DNA of 64,000 nucleotides, from NCBI GenBank assembly GCA_963755115.1, contig CAVWIK010000004.1:145218-209217 (forward strand), read 5' to 3'. The DNA comes from an uncultured Chloroflexia bacterium (GTDB lineage Bacteria > Chloroflexota > Limnocylindria > Limnocylindrales > CSP1-4). The stretch's first letter is position 1. Every line of letters starts with the position of its first letter. Under the pieces are notes generated by a model. That model saw only the letters and a list, made by a program, of their open reading frames with translations, ran no database searches and was not told the DNA's origin. Positions 42,454 to 54,902 of this stretch are shown here, piece by piece. The position numbers and the translations under genes are program-made.

Positions 42454-43478
42454 GCGGGTGTCGGCGCCTCGGCGGCGATGAGGCCGTCCCCTCGGAGCTC
42501 GTCCCACAGGGCCGCCGGGATCGCCTCGCGCATGAGCGTGGGGTATTCCTCGAGGTGCTCGACCCGCCGCACGCCGGCGATGAGTCCTGCGACGGCTGGG
42601 TGCGCGAACGGGAACTGGATGGCCGCGGCCCGCAGTGACACGCCGTGACGGTCGCATGCCGCGCCGAGCCGCCGGGCGCGATCGAGGACCTCGGGGGCGG
42701 CCGGGCCGTAGTCGAAGTGCGCCCCGGGCCGCGGGTCGGCGAGGACACCGCTGTTCATCACGCCGCCGATGAGCACCGCGATGCCGCGATCCACGCACAG
42801 CGGCAGCAGCTCCCGCAGCGCGTCCTGGTCGAGGAGCGTGTAGCGGCCCGCGACGAGGAACGCGTCCATCTCGGTCTCGCGGGCGAATCGCGCGAGCATC
42901 GCCGACCGGTTCATGCCGACGCCGATCGCGCCGATCACGCCCTGCTCGCGCAGGCGGTGGAGCGCCGGGTACGCGCCGGAGAGTGCCTGTTCCCAGTGGT
43001 CGTCGGGGTCGTGGATGAAGACGAGGTCGAGGCGGCCCGTCCCGAGCCGTTCGAGGCTCTCGTCGATGGAGCGCAGGACGCCGTCGGCGGTGTAGTCGAA
43101 CACCATCCGGCGGCCGGCCGTATCCGCGTAGTAGGCGTCCTCGCGACCATCGAGCGCCTGCCGATCGATGTCCGCGCTAGGCGGGATCAGACCGGTCTGC
43201 CGGACGAGCCGCCCGACCTTCGTGGACAGGACGTACGCGTCCCGTGGCCGGCCCCGGAGCGCGGCGCCCACGCGCCGCTCCCCGTTCCCGTACCCGTAGA
43301 GCGGCGACACGTCGAAGTACCGGATGCCGAGCTTCCAGGCTCGCTCGAGCGTCGCCGCGGCCGTCGCGTCATCGGTCGGCGTGAAGAGCCCGCCGATGGA
43401 CGCCGCACCGAGACCCAGCCGGGTCACCGCCAGGTCGCTCCGGCCGAGACGGACCCGCTCGAACGGTTCATAGGGCAT
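42450..43478 (-). CDS. Aldo/keto reductase, D-threo-aldose (L-fucose) 1-dehydrogenase-like
   Basis: LGLGAASIGGLF, FDVSPLYGYG, STKVGRL, FDYTADG, IHDPD, AGRYTLL. Confidence 0.88.
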   Translation of the reverse strand: MPYEPFERVRLGRSDLAVTRLGLGAASIGGLFTPTDDATAAATLERAWKLGIRYFDVSPLYGYGNGERRVGAALRGRPRDAYVLSTKVGRLVRQTGLIPPSADIDRQALDGREDAYYADTAGRRMVFDYTADGVLRSIDESLERLGTGRLDLVFIHDPDDHWEQALSGAYPALHRLREQGVIGAIGVGMNRSAMLARFARETEMDAFLVAGRYTLLDQDALRELLPLCVDRGIAVLIGGVMNSGVLADPRPGAHFDYGPAAPEVLDRARRLGAACDRHGVSLRAAAIQFPFAHPAVAGLIAGVRRVEHLEEYPTLMREAIPAALWDELRGDGLIAAEAPTPA

Positions 43479-43512
43479 CGCGACGGTCCCTCGACTTCGC
43501 GTCGGCCGCGTG

Positions 43513-43575
43513 TTGACGCGACCCACGGGGCCAGCGTATCGTTCAATCCCTCGTCCACGGGTCAGTATACTGAAC
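43513..43575 (+). promoter_or_regulatory. Promoter (TTGACG-N18-TATCGT) and putative IclR operator GGTCAGTATACTGAAC
   Basis: Perfect core palindrome TCAGTATACTGA at 43562-43573. Confidence 0.6.
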
Positions 43576-43643
43576 GTCAGGAGCGGCGTGGCCGTCGAGT
43601 CGATCCCAGGGCACGGCACCTCGGGTGCCGCGAGTCTGCGCTG

Positions 43644-44534
43644 ATGCGCCTGTTCTCGTACCGGCCGCCGGCCGGCGGCGACGCCCTCGGGGTCGCGGGC
43701 GGTGACCGCTGGATGCCGGCCACCGAGCTCCTGCGCGACGGACCCGCGACGATGCAGGCGCTGCTCCTCGGCGGCCCGACGGCGCTGGAGACGCTCCGTG
43801 CGGCCGTGGTCCCCGCCCAGATCGCGGACGAGGGGCGGCCGTTCGACGGCGTCGAATGGCTCGCGCCGGTCCCGCGACCGGGCAAGGTCGTCGCGATCGG
43901 CCGGAACTACCGCGACCATACCGCCGAGGAGGGTGTCGAGCCGCCGCCGGCGCCGCTGATCTTCAGCAAATGGCCCAGCTCGGTCATCGGGCACGAGGCC
44001 GAGATCCGCTGGGATCCGGCGCTCACCGGGCAGGTCGACTACGAGGCGGAGCTCGCCGTCGTCATCGGCCGGACGGCGCGACGGGTGTCCGAGGCCGACG
44101 CACTCGCGCACGTGCTCGGCTACACCTGCCTCGACGACGTGTCCGCCCGGGACCTCCAGTTCGGCGACGGGCAGTGGGCGCGCGGCAAGTCGCTCGACAC
44201 GTTCTGTCCGATGGGGCCGGTCCTTGTCACGGCCGACGAGATCCCCGACCCGCAGGATCTCGAGATCAGCTGCCGGGTCGGCGGCGAGATCGTCCAGCAC
44301 GCGAACACCGCGCAGATGTACTTCGGCGTGGCGGCGATCATCAGCTACTGCTCGCAGGCGTTCACCCTCGAACCGGGCGACGTGATCGCGACCGGGACAC
44401 CCGGCGGCGTCGGCATCTTCCGCGATCCGCCGGTCCTCCTCGGCGACGGCGACGAGGTCACGGTCGAGATCGAGCGGATCGGCCGCCTCGTCAACACATG
44501 CCGCTACGAGCCGGCCGCGGTGGCCATCGCATGA
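43644..44534 (+). CDS. Fumarylacetoacetate hydrolase family (2,4-diketo-3-deoxy-sugar-acid hydrolase-like)
   Basis: IGRNYRDH, DYEAEL, DDVSARD, GKSLDTFCPMGP, GDVIATGTPGG. Confidence 0.9.
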   Translation: MRLFSYRPPAGGDALGVAGGDRWMPATELLRDGPATMQALLLGGPTALETLRAAVVPAQIADEGRPFDGVEWLAPVPRPGKVVAIGRNYRDHTAEEGVEPPPAPLIFSKWPSSVIGHEAEIRWDPALTGQVDYEAELAVVIGRTARRVSEADALAHVLGYTCLDDVSARDLQFGDGQWARGKSLDTFCPMGPVLVTADEIPDPQDLEISCRVGGEIVQHANTAQMYFGVAAIISYCSQAFTLEPGDVIATGTPGGVGIFRDPPVLLGDGDEVTVEIERIGRLVNTCRYEPAAVAIA

Positions 44535-45544
44535 GCGGGCCACAGGAGCGGTTCCTCGTCACCGGGGCGCTCGGCTGCATCGGCGCCTGGACGGTCCGCA
44601 CGCTCGTGCGCGACGGGGCGGACGTGACGACCTTCGACGTCGGGCGCGAGGCGCGCCGGCTGAGCCTGATCATGACGCCCGACGAGCTGGCGAAGGTCCG
44701 GTTCGAGGTCGGCGACATCACGGATCTCACCGGGCTGGAGCGGGTGCTCGACGACCAGGGGATCACGAACATCATCCATCTCGCGGCGCTCCAGGTCCCC
44801 TTCTGCCGGGCCGACCCGCCGCGCGGCGCCCTCGTCAACGTCGTCGGCACGGTCAACGTGTTCGAGGCCGCGAAGCGCCGGGCTGGACGGATGGCGCCGG
44901 TCGTCTACACGAGCTCGATCGCGGTCTACACCGCCGACGACGCCGACCCCGCGACGGGCCGGCTCAGCGCGACCGCGGCCTCGCACCCGCTGAACCACTA
45001 CGGCGTCTACAAGCAGGCGAACGAGGGCAACGCGCGGATCTACTGGCTCGACGACGGCCTCGCGACGGTCGGGTTGCGGCCGATGACCGTCTACGGCGTC
45101 GGCCGCGACCAGGGGATGACCAGCGGCCCGACGAAGGCGATCGTCGCTGCCGTGCTCGGCCAGCCGTACCGGGTCGGCTTCGCCGGCCCCACCCTCTACC
45201 AGTACGCCGAGGACGTGGCCCGGACGCTGATCGCCGCGAGCCGCAGCGGGCTCGAGGGCGCCAACGTGTTCAACCTGCCGGGAATCGTCGCCGACGGTCC
45301 GACCCTGGCGGCGGCCATCGACGTCGCCGTGCCGGGCGCGGCGGAGCTCATCGACTTCGAGCCGGTCGACCTGCCGTTCCCCTCCGAGATCGACCACGAC
45401 GGGATCGAGGCGATCGGCCCGCTCCCCGTCACGCCCCTCGCCGACGGGATCGCGGCGAGCGTGGCCATCTACCGCGCGCTTGCGGATGACGAAAAGCTGG
45501 ACCCCGCGGATCACGGGCTCGAACCGGTCGCCGCGTCGCGCTAG
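44531..45544 (+). CDS. NAD-dependent epimerase/dehydratase (extended SDR)
   Basis: [24 protein letters not shown]. Confidence 0.85.
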   Translation: MSGPQERFLVTGALGCIGAWTVRTLVRDGADVTTFDVGREARRLSLIMTPDELAKVRFEVGDITDLTGLERVLDDQGITNIIHLAALQVPFCRADPPRGALVNVVGTVNVFEAAKRRAGRMAPVVYTSSIAVYTADDADPATGRLSATAASHPLNHYGVYKQANEGNARIYWLDDGLATVGLRPMTVYGVGRDQGMTSGPTKAIVAAVLGQPYRVGFAGPTLYQYAEDVARTLIAASRSGLEGANVFNLPGIVADGPTLAAAIDVAVPGAAELIDFEPVDLPFPSEIDHDGIEAIGPLPVTPLADGIAASVAIYRALADDEKLDPADHGLEPVAASR

Positions 45545-45557
45545 TACGCTTTTCCGC

Positions 45558-46647
45558 ATGCCCGTCTACGCCGATCCAACCGACGGTCTCGCCGTCCCGG
45601 TCTCGCTCCTCCGGACCTGGACGGCGAGGCTGCTCGTCGCAGCAGGGACGCCCGACGACATCGCCGCGGACGTCGCGGAGATCCTCGTCGCGTCCGACCG
45701 GCGCGGTATCGCCTCGCACGGGACGGCGCGCCTCCCCAACTACCTCGCGCTGGTCGAGGCGGGCGTCATGGACCCGGCGGCCCGCCCGGTCCGCGACGGC
45801 GGGCGGCCGGCGCTGGCCCGCTTCGATGCGCACAACGGCTGGGGGCATCACGCCAGCCGCGTCGCGACGGACTGGGCCATCGAGGCCGCCGCGGGATCTC
45901 GGCACCGCGACCGCCGTCGTCCACGGCTCGAACCATTTCGGGATCGCCGGCTGGTACGCGCTGCACGCCGCGGCCGCGGGGATGATCGGCATCGCGCTGT
46001 CGAACACGTCGCCACTCGTCGCGCCGACCCGCGCCCGGCAGCCGCTCATCGGCACGAACCCGATCGCGATCGCCGCGCCGGCTGGTCCGTTCGGGACGTT
46101 CTGCCTGGACATGGCGACCTCGACCGTCCCGCGCGGCCGGATCGAGGTGGCCGCACGACGCGGCGAGACCCTGCCTGTCGGCTGGGCGATCGACGCCGAG
46201 GGGCGGCCCGCCACGACACCGGAGGCCGCGCTCGGCGGGGCGCTCCACCCGCTCGGCGGGGAGGAGGCGACGGCCGGCTACAAGGGCTACGGGCTGTCGC
46301 TGGCCGTCGACCTGCTCACCGGGGTCCTCGGCGGCGCGGCCTTCGGACCGAACATCCTCGGGCTCTTCAGCACGGAGGGCGCGTCCGACCTCGGCCAGGC
46401 CTTCATCGTCATCGACCCGGCCGCGATCGACGCGCCGGGCGCGTTCGAGGCGCGGCTCGCCGGCTACCTCGACCAGCTCGTCGCGGCGCCGACCGTGCCG
46501 GGCGCCCCGGGCCCGGTGCTCGTGGCCGGCGAGCCGGAAGCCGAGGCCGAACGACGGGCGGATGCGAACGGCGTCGTCATCGATGCGGTGCACGCCGCCA
46601 ACCTCGGTGCACTGGGGACCCGTTTCGGGCTACCGTTCCCGTCGTGA
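45558..46647 (+). CDS. Ldh_2 (AllD/ComC-type malate/L-lactate dehydrogenase) family; frameshift near 45897
   Basis: RGIASHG in frame 1; SNHFG, GTNPIA, LDMATS and GYKGYGL in frame 2. Confidence 0.85.
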
Positions 46648-47870
46648 CGGATCGTGTGGACATCGCCATCGTCGGCGGCGGCATCGTGGGCCTCGCGACG
46701 GCCCTTCGGCTGCTGGAATCGCGCCCCGGGCTGCGCATCGAGATCCTCGAGAAGGAAGACCGGCTCGCGATGCACCAGTCCGGCCACAACTCGGGCGTCC
46801 TCCACGCCGGCCTCTACTACGCGCCGGGATCGCTGAAGGCGCGGCTCTGCCGCGAGGGCAAGGCCGCAGATCGAGGCCTATGCCGCGGAGCACGGCATCG
46901 CGGTCCGCTACCCGGGCAAGCTCGTCATCGCGCTCGCCGAGGACGAGCTGCCGCGCCTCGCCGACATCAAGGTGCGGGCGACCGCGAACGGCGTCGAGGG
47001 GCTCGAGGAGATCGGGCCGGAGCGGATCCGCGAGCTCGAGCCGATGGCCGCCGGCATCCGGGCGCTGTGGTCGCCGCGGACCGGCATCATCGACTTCCGG
47101 GCGGTCGCGCTCGCGTACGCCGACGGACCTCCGCGCCAAGGGCGTCGCCATCCACACGGGCCGCGAAGTCACCGCCATCGACCAGCGACCCGACGAGGTG
47201 GTCCTCTCGACGGCCGCCGGCGAGCACCGGGCCTCGAACGTCATCGCGTGTGCCGGGCTGCAGGCGGACCGTGTGTCCGCGATGACCGGCGAGACCGGTC
47301 GCGACGTCCCGCGGATCGTGCCGTTCCGGGGCGACTACTACACGCTCAAGCCCGAGGCGCGCTCCCTCGTGACCCGGCTCATCTATCCCGTCCCCGACCC
47401 GCGCTTCCCCTTCCTCGGCGTGCATTTCACGCCCCGCCACGACGGCGCGGTCTGGGCGGGTCCCGAACGCGGTCCTCGCGCTTGCCCGCGAGGGCTACAA
47501 GCGGACCGACATCGATGTCGGCGACCTCGTGGGCACGCTCACGTACCGCGGCTTCCAGCGCGTGGCGCTCAAGTTCTGGCGAATGGGCGCGGCCGAGATG
47601 TGGCGCGACATCTCCAAGGGCGCGTACATCCGTGAGATGCAGCGGTACCTGCCGGACATCCGTGGCGACCAGGTCCGCTTCGGGCCGTCCGGGGTGCGGG
47701 CGCAGGCGCTCGCCTACGACGGGACGCTGGTCGACGACTTCAGCCTCGGCGGCAGCGGCCGCATCCTCCACGTCCGCAACGCGCCGTCGCCCGCAGCGAC
47801 CGCGAGCCTCGCCATCGGCCGGGTCCTCGCCGAGACGGCGATCGAGCGGTTCGGGCTCGAGGCGGCCTGA
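46644..47870 (+). CDS. lhgO: L-2-hydroxyglutarate oxidase; frameshifts near 46868, 47126 and 47463
   Basis: [52 protein letters not shown] and [11 protein letters not shown] across frames. Confidence 0.85.
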
Positions 47871-47882
47871 CCGGTCCCGGGT

Positions 47883-49044
47883 CTACGCCTCGTCGAGGGC
47901 GTGCGCGAGGTCGGCGATCAGGTCGTCGACGCCTTCGATGCCGACCGACAGGCGGACGAGGGCCGGGTCGACCTCGAGCGTCGAGCCGGCGACCGACATG
48001 TGGGTCATCGCTGCGGGGACCTCGATGAGCGACTCGACGCCGCCGAGCGATTCGGCGAGCGTGAAGAGCCGCGTCCCCTCGGCGATCGCGGTCGCCCGGT
48101 CGGCGGCGCTCCGGCCGTTGCGATCCGCCGGCACGAACGAGACCATGCCGCCGAACCCCGGGTAGTGCGACGACGCGGATGTCCATCGCGCTGCCGCAGG
48201 AACGCGGCCACCCGCGCGGCGTTCGACCCATGCCGCTCCATCCGCAGGTGAAGCGTCCGTAGGCCGCGCAGGACGAGGAAGCAGTCGAGCGGCCCCGGCA
48301 CGGCGCCCATCGCGTTCTGGAGGAACCGGAGGCGCTCGGCGATGGCCTCGTCCGAGGTGACCGCCACGCCCGAGGATCGTGTCCGAGTGGCCGGCCAGAT
48401 ACTTCGTCGCCGAGTGGAAGACGATGTCCGCGCCGGACGACAGCGGGTCGCTGGAGCGCCGGTGAGGCGAACGTGTTGTCGACGACGACCAGCGGCCGGC
48501 GGCCGCCCTCGGCCGCGCGCCGCGCGACCACGCCGACCGCCTCCGCGATGTCGACGACCTTGAGGTGCGGGTTCGACGGCGTCTCGAACCAGACGAGCCG
48601 GGTCCGCTCCGTCAGCGCCTCCCAGAGGACGTCCGGGCCGGCGCTGAGGTCCACGTACCGGGCGTCCACCCCGGCCCCCCGCCGGACCTGCTCGAGATAG
48701 CGGTACGTGCCGCCGTAGACGTCGTCGCCGACGACGACCTCGTCGCCGGGGGCGGCCAATTCGGCGATGGCCGCGGTGACGGCGGAACCCGACGCGAAGA
48801 CGACCCCGTGCGACCCGCCCTCGAGCGCGGCGACCGCGCGCTCGAGGCGTTCCCGTGTCGGGTTCTGCGAGCGGGCGTACTCGTAGCCGCGGCGGGGCCT
48901 CCCGACGCCGTCCTGCGCGTACGTGCTCGTCTGGTAGATCGGGGGCGAGACCGCGCCCGTCAGCTCGTCCGGTTCGGCACCGGCGTGGACGGCGAGCGTG
49001 TCGAAGGACGGGGAGGCGCCGGGCTCGGCCTCGGGTCGGGACAT
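47883..49044 (-). CDS. Cystathionine gamma-lyase/synthase; several frameshifts (about 48445, 48370, 48170-48185)
   Basis: PPIYQTSTY, YARSQNPTR, ETPSNP, VDNTFASP, HSATKY, LAESLGGVESL, RLSVGIE. Confidence 0.85.
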
Positions 49045-49069
49045 CCGCGCCATGATGGCACCCGGAGCC

Positions 49070-49628
49070 TCAGCTCGTGACGGTCCAGTCGTCGAGGTCG
49101 AAGACCAGCTCTTCGCCATCGATGTCGTCCATCTGGACGCCGGTCTGCCGAAACCCGAAGTGCGCCACGACGGCCAGCGACGCGACGTTGTCCGGCGCGA
49201 TCGACGCGCGGAACCGGGTCACGCCGTGCTCGCGCGCCGCCCAGTCGAACAGTGCCGTCACCGCCTCGATCGCGATGCCGCGCCGGCGAAACTCCGGCTC
49301 GACGTGGTAGCCGACCTCGGCCCGGCCGTCGGGGCCGGGCGGGGCGTGGAACCCGACCGATCCGACGATCCAGCGGCGGTGGGTCTCGTCCACGTCGGGC
49401 GCGATGATCGCCCGGCCCAGCCACGGCTGCATGTCCGGGTCCGCGGCGAGATCGGCGAGCCGGAACTGGAGGAAGCCGTCGAGACGGTCGGGCAGGTCGA
49501 TCGGGGACGACGGCATCGATCTCGCGCGCGGCCGCGGCGAGGTCGCGCTCCAGGAGGGCCTGCATGAACGCGACGGACATCGTGTCGAGCTCGAACCGCG
49601 CGGTCGGGATCGGCGGGACGTCGGGCAC
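49070..49628 (-). CDS. GNAT (RimJ/RimL-like) acetyltransferase; frameshift near 49505
   Basis: EVGYHVEPEFRRRGIA, NVASLAVV; N-terminus IPTARFEL in the adjacent frame. Confidence 0.8.
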
Positions 49629-49744
49629 CGGCGCATCATCGCATCCACCTCATCCGCCGACGCATCGAATGCGTATCCCTCTCGATACAACGTGATACAT
49701 TCTGGCAGCACGTTTCCATGACCGCCGGGAGCCTGAGAAGAACC

Positions 49745-50818
49745 ATGAGCGACGTCGCCAGCGACACGACCATCGCGACACCGATCTCCCTCCGCGATCG
49801 GCTCCTCGCATGGAAGGAGATCCTCGAGACCGCCAACCCGCCCGTGTCGAGGCCGCTCGACACCGTCGGGAAGTGGCTCGTCATCACGCGGGCCGCCGTG
49901 TTCCCGATGACGATCTGGTCCGGGCTCATCGGCGGCTTGCTCGCGGTCGCTGCGGCGGGCAGCCTCGGGGTCACGATCGACTACTGGCTGCTGACGATCT
50001 CGGTCGTCGGGCTGGTCCTGGCCCACGCGGCGAACAACATGATCAACGACTACTTCGACACCGCGAACGGCATCGACACCGACGACTACGTCCGGGCGCT
50101 CTACGCCCCCCACCCGATCCTCTCGGGCTGGGTGACGAAGCGGCAGCTCGCGGCGGCGATCATCGCCGTGAACACCATCGATGCCGGGCTGATGCTCTAC
50201 CTGACCGCCGTCCGCGGCCCGCTCATCCTCGTGTTCGCGCTGGCCGGGCTGTTCGTGTCGGTCTTCTACGTCGCGCCGCCGATCCGGCTCAAGCACCACG
50301 GCCTCGGCGAGCCCGGGGTCTTCCTCGTCTGGGGTCCGCTGATGGTCGGCGGCACGTTCCTCGCGGCGACCGGCGTGATCCCCGCGTGGGTGCTGCTCGT
50401 GTCGGTGCCGTACGCGCTGCTCGTCACGTCAGTTCTCTTCGGCAAGCACATCGACAAGATCGAGGCCGACACCAAGCTCGGCGTCCGGACCCTCCCGGTC
50501 ATCCTCGGCGAGGCCCGGGCCCGAGTCGTCGGGTCGTGGCTGATGATCTCGTTCTACCCGCTCGTCTTGCTGGCGGTCGTGACCGGGCTCATCGGCCCGT
50601 GGGTGGGGCTCGTGGTGCTGGGCATCCCGCGGCTCCTCAGCGTGCTCAAGGTCTTCGGCCAGCCGAAGCCGGCCGGTCCCCCACCCGGCTACCCGGAGCG
50701 CGGCTGGCCGCTGTGGTTCGTCGGCTACGCCTTCGTGCACACGCGACGCGCGGGCGGGCTGTTCACGCTCGGGCTGCTGCTCAACGCCCTGCTCCCGGTC
50801 CCCTTGCCCTGGCTGTAA
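49745..50818 (+). CDS. UbiA-family prenyltransferase, MenA-like
   Basis: HAANNMINDYFD, YVAPPIRLKHHGLGE, KHIDKIEADTKLGVRTL. Confidence 0.8.
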   Translation: MSDVASDTTIATPISLRDRLLAWKEILETANPPVSRPLDTVGKWLVITRAAVFPMTIWSGLIGGLLAVAAAGSLGVTIDYWLLTISVVGLVLAHAANNMINDYFDTANGIDTDDYVRALYAPHPILSGWVTKRQLAAAIIAVNTIDAGLMLYLTAVRGPLILVFALAGLFVSVFYVAPPIRLKHHGLGEPGVFLVWGPLMVGGTFLAATGVIPAWVLLVSVPYALLVTSVLFGKHIDKIEADTKLGVRTLPVILGEARARVVGSWLMISFYPLVLLAVVTGLIGPWVGLVVLGIPRLLSVLKVFGQPKPAGPPPGYPERGWPLWFVGYAFVHTRRAGGLFTLGLLLNALLPVPLPWL

Positions 50819-50842
50819 CCCGCGGCCTGACGCCCGAGGCCG

Positions 50843-51398
50843 TTAGCCGCCGGGTGCCGGCCCAGGCGGCGCCACGGCGAACCGGACGAAGGGCCGCTGC
50901 GCCTCGTCGAAGAGCACCTCCTCGAACGTGAAGCCGAGCTTGTCCACGAGCCGCCGGCTCGCCGGGTTCGGCGCGTCCATGACGGTGATGACCCGTAATA
51001 GCCCCAGCCGGGACCACGCATCCCCGAGGACCGCTCGACCGGCTTCCGTCGCGAGCCCCCGGCCGTGCCAGCGGGTGGCCAGCATGCACCCGAACTCGGG
51101 GTCGAGGCCGCCGGCCGGCGGGCCCGGGATCATCAGGCCGCTGAGGCCCACGAACTCGTCGTCGGGCGTGTGGAGCGCCCAGACCACGAAACCGCGACCC
51201 CGGCCCTCGTCGAACCAGGGCAGGAACTCCTCGGCGGCCAGGCGCTCCTTGGCGGCGTCCGTGAGCGCCGGATCGGCGAAGTCCGCCCAGTAGCGCGTGA
51301 CGACTGGGTCGAGCACGAGGTCGGCGACGACCCTGGACCAGTCACGCGCCTCGTCGAACGGCGTCAGGACGAGCCGGTCGGTAACGATTCGGAGTGGG

Positions 51399-51406
<8 letters not shown>
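50843..51406 (-). CDS. GNAT (RimJ/RimL-like) acetyltransferase
   Basis: TDRLVL, WHGRGLATEA, NPASRRLVDKLGF. Confidence 0.85.
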
Positions 51407-52820
<1,414 letters not shown>

Positions 52821-52834
52821 CGGGGGCGAGTATA

Positions 52835-52900
52835 GGGGCCGGTCGGGGCGCGCCGGGGAGGGCCGGTCGGGGCGCGCCGGGAGGGCGGGTCAGGGAGCAG
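52835..52900. repeat. Short G-rich tandem repeat (about 24 bp x2 plus a partial copy)
   Basis: GGGCCGGTCGGGGCGCGCCGGG(G)A repeated directly upstream of the cbs promoter. Confidence 0.55.
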
Positions 52901-52948
52901 CCCGCCTGCCGGGTCGGGCCGGCGCCTGGCCCCGTGTGTCTGGCCGAG

Positions 52949-53836
52949 TCAGCCGTCGCGGTCGAGCCGGCCCGGGCGCAGGAGCAGCCAGGTCAGCCGG
53001 CGCCGGAGCCGTCGCGGATGGTCCGGCGGGTCGACGGTCGTCGGATGGAGCGCTTCGACGACCGGGCCGAGGATCGCGGCCAGCGACTCGCTCATCCGGC
53101 GGGCCGTGTCGAGCTCGACTCGCGAGCCCGGCTCCGGGAGGTCGGCATCGGCGGCCAGCCCGGCGAGCGCACGGGCCGTGGTCGCCGGCAGCACCCGCGA
53201 CGCCATCCGGCGTCCGATGTAGAGCTCCTCGGTGCCCGCGAAGGCGAGCGGGACGATCGGGGCATCCGTCCGGAGCGCGATGATCGCCCACCCGTTCCGC
53301 AGCGGACCGAGCCGTCCGGGCGGGCCGCTGACCGTGCCCTCGGGCATCTGGACGAAGACCGCACCGTTGGCCACGACCGCGTGCGCCGCGTCCACGTGCG
53401 AGTCCACGCCCACGCCGCCGCGCCAGACCGGGAGCAGCCCGCCGACCCGGTGGATGAGCCGCTCCCGCCAGCGCGTGGTGAACGTCGACGGGGCGCTGCC
53501 GAGGAACCAGGCACGTGGCTCGGCGGGGAGCGCGTGCATCACGACGAACGGGTCCATCCAGCCGCGGTGGGCCGCCCCGACCAGGAAGTACCCGCCGGTC
53601 GGGAGGTGCTCCTGCCCGGAGGTCCGGATGCGGAACCGGAAGACCACGAAGATGACGAACCGGGCGACGAGCCGCAGCAGCCGGTACAGGATCGAGGCCC
53701 GCGCCTCGGGCGGCCGGCCGAGCCAGGCGAGCCCTTCGACGGCCCCGCCTCGCGCGGCGGCCATCGCCTCGGGCGAGATGCGGGCGGGTGGCGGCCGGCG
53801 CCGGCCGCCCGCGGCTTCGGGGTCGCCCTCGGCCAT
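52949..53836 (-). CDS. Lysophospholipid acyltransferase (PlsC family)
   Basis: HRGWMD (HxxxxD), MPEGT, PIVP. Confidence 0.85.
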   Translation of the reverse strand: MAEGDPEAAGGRRRPPPARISPEAMAAARGGAVEGLAWLGRPPEARASILYRLLRLVARFVIFVVFRFRIRTSGQEHLPTGGYFLVGAAHRGWMDPFVVMHALPAEPRAWFLGSAPSTFTTRWRERLIHRVGGLLPVWRGGVGVDSHVDAAHAVVANGAVFVQMPEGTVSGPPGRLGPLRNGWAIIALRTDAPIVPLAFAGTEELYIGRRMASRVLPATTARALAGLAADADLPEPGSRVELDTARRMSESLAAILGPVVEALHPTTVDPPDHPRRLRRRLTWLLLRPGRLDRDG

Positions 53837-53839
53837 GAC

Positions 53840-54781
53840 CTAGGCCGGTGCGGGGTCGCGCTCGGACTGGTCCTCGGCGGGCTCCGACGGGGCTGGGACG
53901 GCCGCCGCGACGCCTTCGACCGCTCGACCCAACGCGCCCCACGTGGCACCGTCGGGGTGCGTCGGCGGGTCGTCGTCCGGGTGGCCGCGGCGATGTCGCC
54001 ACGCGAGGATGAGCAGCGCCGGGACGACGATCGCGATCGACACGACCTGCGCGGTCGGGACCCCGAAGAACGTCCAGTTGTCGTGGCGGAAGGTCTCCAG
54101 CGTGAACCGTATGACCCCGTACCAGACGAAGAAGACGAGCAGGATGTCGCCCGGGCGGAGCCGCGGCCGCAGGTGGTAGCCGATCCAGACGAGGACGAGG
54201 AGACCGAGCAGCCCGGACAGCGATTCGTAGAGGAAGAGCGGGTGGAAATGGGTCGTCTCGGGGAACACCGGCCCGCACGGGTAGTCGACGATCCGGTGGG
54301 CGCAGTCGATCGGGATGCCCCACGGCAGGGTCGTCGGGGTGCCGTAGAGCTCCTGGTTGAAGAAGTTGCCCCACCGGGCGATGGCCTGCATCGTGAACAG
54401 GCCCGGCGCGACGATATCGGCCCAGCGAAGGAACGGCACGCGCTTGTAGCGCGCGTACAGGAACGCCGCGATCGTCCCGGTGATGATCCCGCCGTAGACG
54501 CCGAGTCCGGAATACGGCGGCAGGAAGATCCGCTCGATGTGCTCGCGGTACAGCGCGTCCCACTGGTCGATGACGTGATAGGCGCGCCCCCCGATGAGCG
54601 CGGCGATCGCGACGATGACCATCCCGTTGCCGAGGATCTCGACGTCCTCGCCCGCCCGCTGGGCGAGACGGGCCATGACGAGGTACGCGGCGGCCAGGCC
54701 GACGGCGTAGCCGATCCCGTACCAGCCGATCGTCAGCGGGCCGAGCTGGAACGCGGTCGCGTTCGGCAGGAAGTCGAGCAT
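53840..54781 (-). CDS. lgt: Prolipoprotein diacylglyceryl transferase
   Basis: WYGI, GGRAYHV, GVYGG, QAIARWGNFFNQELYG, HPLFLYES. Confidence 0.93.
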   Translation of the reverse strand: MLDFLPNATAFQLGPLTIGWYGIGYAVGLAAAYLVMARLAQRAGEDVEILGNGMVIVAIAALIGGRAYHVIDQWDALYREHIERIFLPPYSGLGVYGGIITGTIAAFLYARYKRVPFLRWADIVAPGLFTMQAIARWGNFFNQELYGTPTTLPWGIPIDCAHRIVDYPCGPVFPETTHFHPLFLYESLSGLLGLLVLVWIGYHLRPRLRPGDILLVFFVWYGVIRFTLETFRHDNWTFFGVPTAQVVSIAIVVPALLILAWRHRRGHPDDDPPTHPDGATWGALGRAVEGVAAAVPAPSEPAEDQSERDPAPA

Positions 54782-54902
54782 CGGCGGAAGTGTAGCGGTC
54801 GAGGCGCCGATGGCTCGCCGTCAGGCGAGCGCGACTCGCTGCGTGCACGAGTCGATGGCCAGACCGGGGGTGGATGGCCGTCCGTCCCTATACTCGTCTC
54901 CC

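Noticed and set aside
45890-49520. Programmed ribosomal frameshifting or a pseudogene island
   Set aside because: There are no slippery sequences, several hits fall in single genes, and the resolvable ones are +1 insertions, which fits sequencing error.
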